Made by a program: the position numbers and the translations under genes. From positions 9,739 through 73,738 of the forward strand of contig JAFVIF010000076.1 in NCBI GenBank assembly GCA_017474125.1: DNA of 64,000 nucleotides, in the 5' to 3' direction. Source of the DNA: Clostridia bacterium. Lineage in GTDB: Bacteria; Bacillota; Clostridia; Oscillospirales; Acutalibacteraceae. This document shows, piece after piece, positions 19,043 through 27,651 of this stretch; within the stretch, counting starts at the first letter, position 1; every line of letters starts with the position of its first letter. The notes beneath the pieces were generated by a model. It was given only the letters and a program-made list of their open reading frames with translations. It did not search any database and was not told where the DNA came from.

Positions 19043-19286
19043 TGCATTTTCCTCCTTTTAATTTTCACTTTATTATACAGCTTTTATAACCGATTGTCAA
19101 TTATTCTGCCTGCGCCTGAATTCAAGAGGCGGTTTGAATTTTTTTGCTTCATAAAGCACCTCTGACATTTTTTTAAAGTTTTAAAGCGCAAATTTAAAGT
19201 TTTCCTTTAATTTCACCCTTACAATAAAAGAAAAGCAAGCCTTTTTACAAAATTACTTTAAAAATATGCCAAACGGAGGAAAGATT

Positions 19287-21974
19287 ATGCAAAGCATTTG
19301 GATTGACGCCGCCGAATTTGAAAATAAGGGCGGATGGAAATTTGAGACTCAATTTGTAAGAAGTGTAGGAAGCGCATATCTTTTAGGACTTGATAAACCC
19401 GGTGTTCCCGTAGAGGCTGCTACCACCACCTTTACGGTAAAAGAAGAGGGAAACTACCGTTTCTTTGTACGCACCAAAAACTGGAAATTCCCCGAAGCCC
19501 CCGGTCAGTTTACTCTTGCCGCAGACGGCAAAGAGCTTCCCAACACTTTAGGTAAAATGCCTACTCATAAGTGGTACTGGGAAATTGCAGGTGACCTTTA
19601 TCTTACAAAGGGGGAGCACACCCTTTCTGCCGTTGATAAAACAGGCTGGCTTGCCCGTTTTGCAAGTGTTGTAATAACCAACGATATGGATTTTACCCCC
19701 TCTCCCGAAACCGAGCGTTTCTTAAAGCAGAGAGCCGAAATAAAAGGTATTTCTCCAAAAACTGCCGAGCTGCATTTTGATTACGTTATTATAGGCGCAG
19801 GCCCTGCAGGCATACCCGCCGCTATTGAAGCCGCAAGAAGCGGTCTTAAAGTCGCTCTTGTTTCGGGCAGACCCGCTATAGGCGGTAACGCAAGTGATGA
19901 AGGCACTATCGGTATGGAGGGTGCCGCTTCCAATAATCTCGGTTCATGGGAAGGCGGTATTTTCGGTGAAGTAAGAGCCTTACATATGCCCGGCGGTCTT
20001 ACCTATCAGGCTGCTTTTGAAACCCTTTGCGCAAGAGAAAAAAATCTTACTGTTTTCGTAAACGAGCTTTGTATTGATGCCGAAAGTGAAAACGGACATT
20101 TGATTTCTGCCACAACCATTAATACCATCACCCTTGAAAAGACGAAATTTACCGCCGATTACTTCTGTGACAGCAGCGGTGACGGTTGGCTGGGTTACTA
20201 TGCAGGCGCAGCCTATCGCGTAGGTCGAGAGGCAAGATGGGAATACAACGAAAGTCTTGCTCCCGAAGTACCCGACACCCTTACAATGAGCGGTTGTATT
20301 TGCGGTTGGCAAGAAGATATGCCCAAAATGAGAAGCTATAAGGCTGTAAAGACCGACCATAAGGTTACCTTTACGGCGCCCGATTGGGCAATTAAGCTTC
20401 CCGAAGGCGAAAAGCTTCACCGCGAACCCGTTCAGATTCATTCGAGCTCTTGGTGGCTTGAAAACTCCAACGACCACGATGATTTATGGGATGACGAATT
20501 CACCCGTGACGAAATGATACGTCTTGCCATTGGATATTTCCATTGGATTAAAAATTCGGCTCCCTTAAAACCCCACTTAGCCGAAGAGGTTGATTATTAC
20601 GAATTGGCGGCTCTTGCTCTTCACAATTCCAAAAGAGAATCCCGCCGTCTTATCGGTGATTACGTATTTAACCAGAATGACTGTAATTCGGACAGAGTTT
20701 ATCCTGATACCGTTTCCTATTGCGGTTGGTGTATCGACGTGCATCACCCGAGAGGAATTTATTCAGGTGAAGAAGGCGAATTCCATGCAAATTTACCGGT
20801 TCCCGTATCTCCTCTGCCCTACAGAATTCTTTATTCCAAAAACATTGATAACCTCTTTATTGCCGGCAGATGCTGTTCCGTTTCTCACCTTGGTCTCGGC
20901 ACAGTTCGCGTAGAAGCTACTTTGGCAACACTCGGTCAGGTAACAGGCGCCGCCGCTTATCTTTGTAAAAAGTACGGAACTACTCCCCGTGGAATTTACG
21001 AAAATCATATTAAAGAGCTTCAGCAGCTTCTTCTCCGCCACGATTTAACAATCCCCGGTGTTATAAACGAGGACGAAAAGGATTTGGCAAGAACTGCTAC
21101 CGACAGCGCTTCAAGCGTTGCAAAAGACGTTTATTTCTGCCGTAATTACGGCACAAAGGATTTGTGGATTCCCTTCGAAACCGTAATTTTTGCAGGTCCC
21201 TACTGTGATTCGGCAAAGCATCCTGCAGAATTTTATAAAGCAGAGCTTAAGAATTTGTCAGACAAAGACGTTACCTTTAAGGCGTACTTATGGCAGTATA
21301 ACGACCGAGAAGATATAAACGAAACTATGGAAAAAATTGCCGAATGTGAGATTTCACTTAAAGCAAACAGTGAAGCTTTGGTTGATTTGCCGTTTAACGC
21401 GCAATCCAAGCCGGCTAACTTCGTTGTTTCCTTTGACGCTAACAAAGATATCGCCTGGAGAAGACGTATTCATCCATATGGCTCAGGTGTTGTTTACTTC
21501 CTTAAGGACGGCAAAATAGTTCAAAGCCCTGATGAAACCATGGAGCTGTTCTTTAGCAGTGCGTTACACTTCACGGTTGACGCTTCACCCGAAAACGTTA
21601 TTAACGGCATTAACCGTCCGTTAAACCAAAAACTAAACGGTTGGGCTTCGGAAAAAGGACTTCCCGCCAGTCTTTACCTTAAGCTTAAAGAGCCTAAAGA
21701 AATAAGTGAGGTTAGAGTTACTACACAGATTGATCTTTCTTACCCCAGATTCAACTTCCACCGCCTTACCTCTTCTGTAGGTACTGCAAACGACGTTACC
21801 ATAAGTATCAGAAACGGTGAAAGCTGGCGTGAAGTTGCGCATATAACCGATAACATTCAAAAGCAGATGGTGGCAAGGTTTACCCCCACTCTTGCCGAAG
21901 AAGTTAAAATCACCGTAAACAAATCTTTATTAGACGATGCGGCGCACATAACCGAAGTCAGAATTTACGAATAA
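19287..21974 (+). CDS. FAD-dependent oxidoreductase (FAD_oxidored-type) with an N-terminal beta-rich domain and a C-terminal F5/8 type C (discoidin)-like domain; paralog 1
   Basis: Start set at ATG 19287 (GGAGGA RBS, matching the paralog start). Dinucleotide fold DYVIIGAGPAGIPAAIEAARSGLKVALVSGRPAIGGNAS. C-terminal ...NGWASEKGLPASLYLKL...ISEVRV...ITEVRIYE. Confidence 0.8.
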   Translation: MQSIWIDAAEFENKGGWKFETQFVRSVGSAYLLGLDKPGVPVEAATTTFTVKEEGNYRFFVRTKNWKFPEAPGQFTLAADGKELPNTLGKMPTHKWYWEIAGDLYLTKGEHTLSAVDKTGWLARFASVVITNDMDFTPSPETERFLKQRAEIKGISPKTAELHFDYVIIGAGPAGIPAAIEAARSGLKVALVSGRPAIGGNASDEGTIGMEGAASNNLGSWEGGIFGEVRALHMPGGLTYQAAFETLCAREKNLTVFVNELCIDAESENGHLISATTINTITLEKTKFTADYFCDSSGDGWLGYYAGAAYRVGREARWEYNESLAPEVPDTLTMSGCICGWQEDMPKMRSYKAVKTDHKVTFTAPDWAIKLPEGEKLHREPVQIHSSSWWLENSNDHDDLWDDEFTRDEMIRLAIGYFHWIKNSAPLKPHLAEEVDYYELAALALHNSKRESRRLIGDYVFNQNDCNSDRVYPDTVSYCGWCIDVHHPRGIYSGEEGEFHANLPVPVSPLPYRILYSKNIDNLFIAGRCCSVSHLGLGTVRVEATLATLGQVTGAAAYLCKKYGTTPRGIYENHIKELQQLLLRHDLTIPGVINEDEKDLARTATDSASSVAKDVYFCRNYGTKDLWIPFETVIFAGPYCDSAKHPAEFYKAELKNLSDKDVTFKAYLWQYNDREDINETMEKIAECEISLKANSEALVDLPFNAQSKPANFVVSFDANKDIAWRRRIHPYGSGVVYFLKDGKIVQSPDETMELFFSSALHFTVDASPENVINGINRPLNQKLNGWASEKGLPASLYLKLKEPKEISEVRVTTQIDLSYPRFNFHRLTSSVGTANDVTISIRNGESWREVAHITDNIQKQMVARFTPTLAEEVKITVNKSLLDDAAHITEVRIYE

Positions 21975-22016
21975 TAAAAATAAACGCGGAAATAGAGTCG
22001 TACTCTTAAGGACAGT

Positions 22017-22055
22017 AAAAAAGAAGCACGAAAATTTCGTGCTTCTTTTACTTTT
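22017..22055. terminator. Intrinsic terminator (bidirectional)
   Basis: AAAAGAAGCACGAAA a TTTCGTGCTTCTTTT, followed by a T-rich tail. Confidence 0.75.
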
Positions 22056-22165
22056 GTCTTATACCGTAACAAGCAGGACATTTTGACGCCCAAATGTCAC
22101 TTGTTAGGAGAACCTAAAACCCTCTATAATAATTATTATATTTCAAACTATTGTAATTATTACTC

Positions 22166-22870
22166 TTATTTGTTAATCTCCGCAAGATAACCCGCCGTAA
22201 TAACACCAGACGGCAATGCAATTATTGCAATGCCAAAAGCAGAAGAGATCATTGTAACAATTCTACCTATTGTTGTTACTGGATAAATATCGCCATAACC
22301 AACAGTTGTTAATGAGATGGTCGCCCAATAAATAGCATCAAAAAATGTCTCAAATGATTCCGGCTCAACATTATATATTACAAGAGCAGAAACCAAAATA
22401 TAAGCAACTGCCATTGTCGCAACTGCGGATAAAACCTTTTTCTGTTTTTTAAACACGCTAGCTATAATATCGAAACTTTTTGAATATCGCAAAAACTTGA
22501 AAACACGCAACACCTTTAATGTCCTTAACAGTCTAAACAGTTTCAACAATCTAAAGCCATTATTCAAGACAGAAATAGAAGGCAATATGGAAACTAAATC
22601 AATAATGGCCATTGGTGTAATCGGATAGATAAAGAAAGAAACCACTGACTTTTTAATTTTGAAATCTGCAGTTATCAATCTCAAAAAGTAGTCTAAGATA
22701 AAAATGCTTACAGTTATGTAGTCTATCCACCGAAAAACGGCATTTGTCTCTTTGAAAGCAAGTGGAACAAGGCTTATAACGATAGTTGTCATCATTATAA
22801 AATCGTAAATATTACTCAACTTACTGCCGTTGTCTACCGGCTCAATCACTGAAAATACTTTCTTCCTCAT
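22166..22870 (-). CDS. Voltage-gated-type (6TM) potassium channel
   Basis: S4-like helix RLLKLFRLLRTLKVLRVFKFLR has a positive charge at every third residue. Pore signature TTVGYGD. There is no RCK/ligand domain. AGGTG RBS. Start is 3 nt after the upstream gene's stop. Confidence 0.85.
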   Translation of the reverse strand: MRKKVFSVIEPVDNGSKLSNIYDFIMMTTIVISLVPLAFKETNAVFRWIDYITVSIFILDYFLRLITADFKIKKSVVSFFIYPITPMAIIDLVSILPSISVLNNGFRLLKLFRLLRTLKVLRVFKFLRYSKSFDIIASVFKKQKKVLSAVATMAVAYILVSALVIYNVEPESFETFFDAIYWATISLTTVGYGDIYPVTTIGRIVTMISSAFGIAIIALPSGVITAGYLAEINK

Positions 22871-22873
22871 AAT

Positions 22874-23230
22874 TTACACCTGTTTTGATTTTATCGTTTT
22901 AAGTGATGAAATTAACATTCTGCGAATCGCTCCGCATTCGTTTTGAACATCATTATAAATATCCTTAGTCATGCAGCCCGTCTCAAAAAGAAGTTCTAAC
23001 CAATATTCAGTTTCATAACACTCTTTTTGGGCTATTTCGAGTTTTGAAATAAAATCTTTAGTTCCTTGTGCATACTGAGCTTCGTGTAAATTTGCTCCAA
23101 TAGAGGTCGCTGAGCGAAGCAACTGATTTATTAAAACGGATTCTTTATGATTTGTTTTCATATCGCGACAAAGAAAAACGGTTTTCTTTGCAAACTCTTT
23201 TGCCTTATCTCTTAAAATACTATCCGCCAT
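22874..23230 (-). CDS. Four-helix-bundle protein (23S rRNA intervening-sequence protein / Avd-like family)
   Basis: Start set at ATG 23230 (GAGGTGA RBS). ...LINQLLRSATSIGANLHEAQYAQGTKDFISKLEIAQKECYETEYWLELL... matches the family hallmark (Q-x-x-RS-x-x-SI-x-AN-x-x-E...DF...A-x-x-E-x-x-E-x-x-YWL). Confidence 0.8.
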   Translation of the reverse strand: MADSILRDKAKEFAKKTVFLCRDMKTNHKESVLINQLLRSATSIGANLHEAQYAQGTKDFISKLEIAQKECYETEYWLELLFETGCMTKDIYNDVQNECGAIRRMLISSLKTIKSKQV

Positions 23231-23280
23231 AGTTATCACCTCTAAATCTATTATACATAAAGGATGATAATCTTTCAAGT

Positions 23281-23455
23281 TATATTCCGCCTTTGTCGGA
23301 GTGATATTATTGCCTTACGTCAATAGTGATATTGAAACCTTGCGGTTTCAGTGGTATTTTATTCGCCAATAACTGCCGAAGGCAATATCACTTGGGCTTT
23401 AATCCAAATATCACTGCGTAGCAATATAACTCGCCGTCAGGCGAATAAAACTGTT
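23281..23455. repeat. Heptamer-punctuated mini-hairpin array, copy A
   Basis: Units of ~23-25 nt. Each is a distinct short stem-loop followed by GTGATAT (23301, 23326; GTGGTAT 23351) and, further right, by the reverse complement ATATCAC (23385, 23408; ATATAAC 23424). Positions 23414-23447 are 33/34 identical to 50294-50327. Confidence 0.7.
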
Positions 23456-24369
23456 TATAGGTCACCCTCATCGGGCTCCAAGTCACAAATGTGAAGCTTT
23501 CTGAATTTTAACGGAGCTGTTCCCGTACTTTTTTTAAAGACAACCGAAAAATAATCGGTATTATAAAAGCCGCAGGAAAAGGCAATATCTTTAATGCTTC
23601 GGTCGGTTTCTATTAAATATCTACAGGCGCGCTCTATTCTTTTTCTGCGTATAGCGCTGGCTATTCCGTCAGAGGAAAATTCTATAAACAAATGCTGCAA
23701 ATACGAAAGGCTTACGTTTACGCGTTTGGCTACACTGAGTGGCGTAATATTTTCACAGCAATGCTTATCTATATGGTCCATTGCCATAAGAAAGTATTTG
23801 CGGCGATTATCAGGAGCATTTTTGTTTGACGTCGGCCTCATAAGCGGCGTGTTTCCCACTATATCGATTATCATATCAGCCACTACACCTAAATAACTTT
23901 TTAGCCTGCAAACGGTAGCTTCATCGGTTTCCCTTAAATGCGCTTGACGGAATTTTTCAAATTCTTCCACACCGGTTTCAGTATGTTTTGCCAGAATTTC
24001 AGTCATTTTTTGGCTTAGTGGTGAGAAAAAACCTGCCGCACAAACTGTACCTATATGCACACCGCTTATAAAAATGGGTATGGTATATTCCGCAACGCCG
24101 CAATAACAAACGCTAAAACCCGCGCAGCCTCTTTTTCTTTCTCTTCTTCTTGTGGCGCGCTTTAGTGCTACACACCTTTTCCAAAGTCTTGGATTCTTCT
24201 TTATTTTCATACAATAAGGATTAGTATGCCATTTTTTGTCCGATAAATATTCACCGATTATTTCATAAGGACGAAGCACCGAATAAAAATCCTCAATTAT
24301 TATATGCCAACCCGTATCCTTTGAAAGCACGTCCAAATAGTTTTTAAGCTTATCTATTTTAGTTTTCAT
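23455..24369 (-). CDS. AraC family transcriptional regulator with an N-terminal PocR-like Cys-rich sensor domain
   Basis: Start set at ATG 24369 (GGAGG RBS). The N-terminal domain has C-x-K...C...CAGFSVCYCGVAEYTIPIFISGVHIGTV, which is PocR-like. C-terminal AraC HTH (IKDIAFSCGFYNTDYFSVVFKKSTGTAP). Divergent from FAD paralog 2. Confidence 0.75.
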   Translation of the reverse strand: MKTKIDKLKNYLDVLSKDTGWHIIIEDFYSVLRPYEIIGEYLSDKKWHTNPYCMKIKKNPRLWKRCVALKRATRRRERKRGCAGFSVCYCGVAEYTIPIFISGVHIGTVCAAGFFSPLSQKMTEILAKHTETGVEEFEKFRQAHLRETDEATVCRLKSYLGVVADMIIDIVGNTPLMRPTSNKNAPDNRRKYFLMAMDHIDKHCCENITPLSVAKRVNVSLSYLQHLFIEFSSDGIASAIRRKRIERACRYLIETDRSIKDIAFSCGFYNTDYFSVVFKKSTGTAPLKFRKLHICDLEPDEGDL

Positions 24370-24498
24370 ACAACCTCCGCAGAAAATCATCGCACAAAAG
24401 CACAAAATCAAAGTTTTTTATTACATTTTAACGTTATAATAGGAAAAATGCAAGTGTTTTTACAAAAACACTTTAAAATAATGCTTGGAGGTTAAATT

Positions 24499-27189
24499 AT
24501 GCAGACCATTTGGATTGACGCCGCCGAATTTGAAAATAAGGGCGGATGGAAATTTGAGACTCAATTTGTAAGAAGTGTAGGAAGCGCATACCTTTTAGGT
24601 CTTAGCAAACCCGGTATACCCGTAGAGGATGCTCAGGCTTCCTTTACCGTAGAGGAAGACGGATACTACCGTTTCTTTGTACGCACCAAAAACTGGAAGT
24701 TCCCCGAGGCTCCCGGTCAGTTTAAGCTTTCTGCCGACGGAGAGGAATTGCCTAATACTTTAGGCAAAATGCCTACTCATAAGTGGTACTGGGAAATTGC
24801 AGGTGACGTTTATCTTACAAAGGGCGAACACACCCTTTCCGCCGTTGATAAAACAGGCTGGCTCGCCCGTTTTGCAAGTGTTGTTATTACCAACGATTTT
24901 GATTTCACCCCCTCCCCCGAAATTGAGCGTTTCTTAAAGCAGAGAGCAGAAATTAAGGGCATTTGCACAAAACCCGAAGAATTACATTTTGATTACGTTG
25001 TTGTAGGTGCAGGCCCTGCCGGTACCCCCGCCGCTATTGAAGCTGCAAGAAACGGCCTTAAGGTTGCCCTTATTTCAGGTAGACCTACCATAGGCGGTAA
25101 CGCAAGTAACGAAGGCACCATCGGTCTTGACGGCGCCGCTTGCCGTAATAAAGGCGCTTGGGAAGGCGGTATCGCCAACGAAATCAGAAATTATCATATG
25201 ACCAAAAAACTCGGTTGGCAGAAATCTATGGAAGCGCTTTGTGAGGAAGAAGAAAATCTTACCGTATTCTGTAGCGAGCTTTGTATAGATGCCGAAAGTG
25301 AAAACGGACATATTATTTCTGCCACCACCGTAAATACCACTACCCTTAAGAGAACAAAGTTTTTTGCAGATTTCTTCTGCGACTGCAGTGGCGATGCTTG
25401 GCTCGGTTATTACGCAGGCGCCGCCTACCGTATGGGCAGAGAAGCAAAATGGGAATATAATGAAGAATTCGCTCCCGAAGTCCCCGACACCCTTACAATG
25501 AGCGGTTGCCTTTGCGACGAGCAGGAGGGTATGCCTCATATGAGAATTTTCCGTGCACGTCCCACAGATAAAGAGGTTGAGTTTACCGCACCCGAATGGG
25601 CTATAAAGCTTCCCGAAGGTGAAAAGCTTCATCGCAAAGTAGCCGGACTTAGCGGTGCTATGTGGTGGCTTGAAAACTCTAACGACCACGACGACCTTTG
25701 GGATGATGAATTTGCCCGTGACGAAATGGTGCGCTTGGGACTCGGCTACTTCCATTGGCTTAAAAATTCCGCACCGCTAAATGATGAACTTGCATCTAAG
25801 GTTAAATACTACGAGCTTTGCGGTATTGCACTTCACAACTCAAAAAGAGAAAACCGCAGACTTATAGGCGACTACGTATTTAATCAGAACGACTGTGTTG
25901 CAGACAGAGTTTATCCCGATACTATCTCTTATTGCGGTTGGTGTATTGACGTACATCATCCGAGAGGAATTTACTCAGGCGCTGAAGGCGCATTCTATTC
26001 CAATGCATGTATACCCTGCTGTCCGCTTCCCTACCGTATTATTTATTCAAAGAACATTGACAACTTATTTATGGCAGGACGTTGCTGTTCCGTTTCTCAT
26101 ATAGGTCTTGGCACCGTAAGAGTTGAATCTACCATTGCTACCTTAGGTCAGGCAACAGGCGCTGCCGCTTATCTGTGCAAAAAGTACGGTACCACCCCGA
26201 GAGGAATTTACGAAAGCCATATTAAAGAGCTTCAGCAGTTACTTGTTCGTCACGATTTAACAATCCCCGGTATAGAAAACGAAGACGAAAAGGATTTGGC
26301 AAGAACCGCTACGGTTACCGCTTCAAGCGTTGCCGACGACCTTTATCTTTTATCGGTTCACGGCACAAAGGACGTATGGGTTCCCCTTACCACCGAAATT
26401 TATTCAGGTCCTTACTGCCACGCCGCCACCTATCCTGCCGAGTTCTACAAGGCTGAGCTTAAGAATTTAAGCGACCAAAAGGTTACCTTGAAGGCTAAGC
26501 TCTGGCAGTATAATCAAAAGGAAGATATCAACGAAACCATTGAGCAAATCGGAGAATGCGAGATTACTATTGAACCCGATTGCGAAACAATTGCAGACCT
26601 TCCCTTCGGCGTTAAATCAAAAATGGATAACTTTGTTGTTTCATTCGAACCTAACGAAAAAATCGCCTGGAGAAGACGTATTTATACCGTTGACGGCTCG
26701 GCTGTAGTTTACTATACCGAAGACGGTAAAATAGTTCAGCATCCAAAAGAAGGTATGGAGCTTTACTTTAACAGCGAAATAAACGTTTTGGCAGACGCTT
26801 CTCCCGAAAACGTTATTAACGGCGCAAACCGTCCCGTTGGCAACACCCTTAACGGCTGGGCTTCAAAGAGAGGACTTCCCGCAAGTCTTACCTTAAAGCT
26901 TAAGGAAGCAAAGGAAATAAGCGAAGTACGTATAACAACTCAGGTTGACCTTTCCTATCCACAGTACTGCTTTACAGGTGACACAAAATCAATAGGCACC
27001 GCAAGTGACGTAACGATAGAGGTTAAAAAAGGCGAAAATTGGTGCGAAGTTGCCCATATTAAAGATAACGTTAAAAAGCAGATGGTGGCCCACTTTACGC
27101 CCACTCTTGCAGAGGAAGTAAGAATCACCGTAAATAAGTCCATATTAGACGATGCGGCTCATATTACCGAAGTAAGAATTTACGAATAA
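24499..27189 (+). CDS. FAD-dependent oxidoreductase with an N-terminal beta-rich domain and a C-terminal discoidin-like domain; paralog 2
   Basis: Same architecture as 19287-21974 and collinear over the full length. DYVVVGAGPAGTPAAIEAARNGLKVALISGRPTIGGNAS. GGAGG RBS. Confidence 0.8.
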   Translation: MQTIWIDAAEFENKGGWKFETQFVRSVGSAYLLGLSKPGIPVEDAQASFTVEEDGYYRFFVRTKNWKFPEAPGQFKLSADGEELPNTLGKMPTHKWYWEIAGDVYLTKGEHTLSAVDKTGWLARFASVVITNDFDFTPSPEIERFLKQRAEIKGICTKPEELHFDYVVVGAGPAGTPAAIEAARNGLKVALISGRPTIGGNASNEGTIGLDGAACRNKGAWEGGIANEIRNYHMTKKLGWQKSMEALCEEEENLTVFCSELCIDAESENGHIISATTVNTTTLKRTKFFADFFCDCSGDAWLGYYAGAAYRMGREAKWEYNEEFAPEVPDTLTMSGCLCDEQEGMPHMRIFRARPTDKEVEFTAPEWAIKLPEGEKLHRKVAGLSGAMWWLENSNDHDDLWDDEFARDEMVRLGLGYFHWLKNSAPLNDELASKVKYYELCGIALHNSKRENRRLIGDYVFNQNDCVADRVYPDTISYCGWCIDVHHPRGIYSGAEGAFYSNACIPCCPLPYRIIYSKNIDNLFMAGRCCSVSHIGLGTVRVESTIATLGQATGAAAYLCKKYGTTPRGIYESHIKELQQLLVRHDLTIPGIENEDEKDLARTATVTASSVADDLYLLSVHGTKDVWVPLTTEIYSGPYCHAATYPAEFYKAELKNLSDQKVTLKAKLWQYNQKEDINETIEQIGECEITIEPDCETIADLPFGVKSKMDNFVVSFEPNEKIAWRRRIYTVDGSAVVYYTEDGKIVQHPKEGMELYFNSEINVLADASPENVINGANRPVGNTLNGWASKRGLPASLTLKLKEAKEISEVRITTQVDLSYPQYCFTGDTKSIGTASDVTIEVKKGENWCEVAHIKDNVKKQMVAHFTPTLAEEVRITVNKSILDDAAHITEVRIYE

Positions 27190-27194
27190 TTTAT

Positions 27195-27232
27195 TCAAGC
27201 CTTCCGAATTTAGGAAGGCTTGATACTTTTTT
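27195..27232 (+). terminator. Intrinsic terminator
   Basis: TCAAGCCTTCC gaattta GGAAGGCTTGA, followed by a T-run. Confidence 0.8.
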
Positions 27233-27233
27233 C

Positions 27234-27262
27234 TTGACAAATCCGCTTTGTCCTTGTATAAT
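27234..27262 (+). promoter_or_regulatory. Sigma-A promoter of the rpsF-ssb-rpsR operon
   Basis: TTGACA, 17-nt spacer, TATAAT (both hexamers consensus). Confidence 0.7.
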
Positions 27263-27348
27263 AGATAGGCTATTGGTGGTATTATGCCAAAAAATAGCTC
27301 CTTGCCGATCTGCGGATCGGACAAATGTCCATAAGGAGGTGCAACGCG

Positions 27349-27630
27349 ATGACTAACAAGTATGAGGCCGCTATGATTTTTTCCGTATTAAACGGCGACG
27401 AAGCTACCAAGGCTTTAGTTGAAAAATTCAATGCCCTTATTGCTGAAAACGGTACCATCGAAGATGTTGCTGATTGGGGCAAGCGCAAGCTCGCTTATCT
27501 TATCAACGACGAAACCGAAGGCTACTATGTTTTCACTACCTTTACAGCAGGCCCTGAATTCCCTGCTGAATTAGAGCGTGTAGCCGGTATTACCGACGGC
27601 GTTCTTCGCGCAATGGTTATTAAGAAGTAA
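27349..27630 (+). CDS. rpsF: 30S ribosomal protein S6
   Basis: MTNKYEAAMIF...WGKRKLAYLINDETEGYYV... AGGAGG RBS 8 nt upstream of ATG 27349. Confidence 0.9.
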   Translation: MTNKYEAAMIFSVLNGDEATKALVEKFNALIAENGTIEDVADWGKRKLAYLINDETEGYYVFTTFTAGPEFPAELERVAGITDGVLRAMVIKK

Positions 27631-27651
27631 TTAAAGAGAGGATGCGTTTTT

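Noticed and set aside
19172-19202. TTTAAAG(T/C) motifs repeated upstream of FAD paralog 1, resembling the CTTTAAAG core of the mirrored promoters at 52012-52111.
   Set aside because: The motif is short and AT-rich, in AT-rich intergenic DNA. Chance occurrence is likely, and the longer CGCTTTAAAGTGC operator does not match.
22874-23230. Diversity-generating retroelement (DGR), suggested by the Avd-like four-helix-bundle protein.
   Set aside because: No reverse transcriptase gene is present in the window. I could find no template/variable repeat pair with adenine-specific mismatches near the gene.
27263-27348. Possible S6:S18-binding autoregulatory leader upstream of rpsF (hairpin CCGATC tgcg GATCGG at 27305-27320).
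   Set aside because: It is plausible on biological grounds. However, I cannot verify the conserved motif from memory, and one small hairpin is not sufficient evidence.
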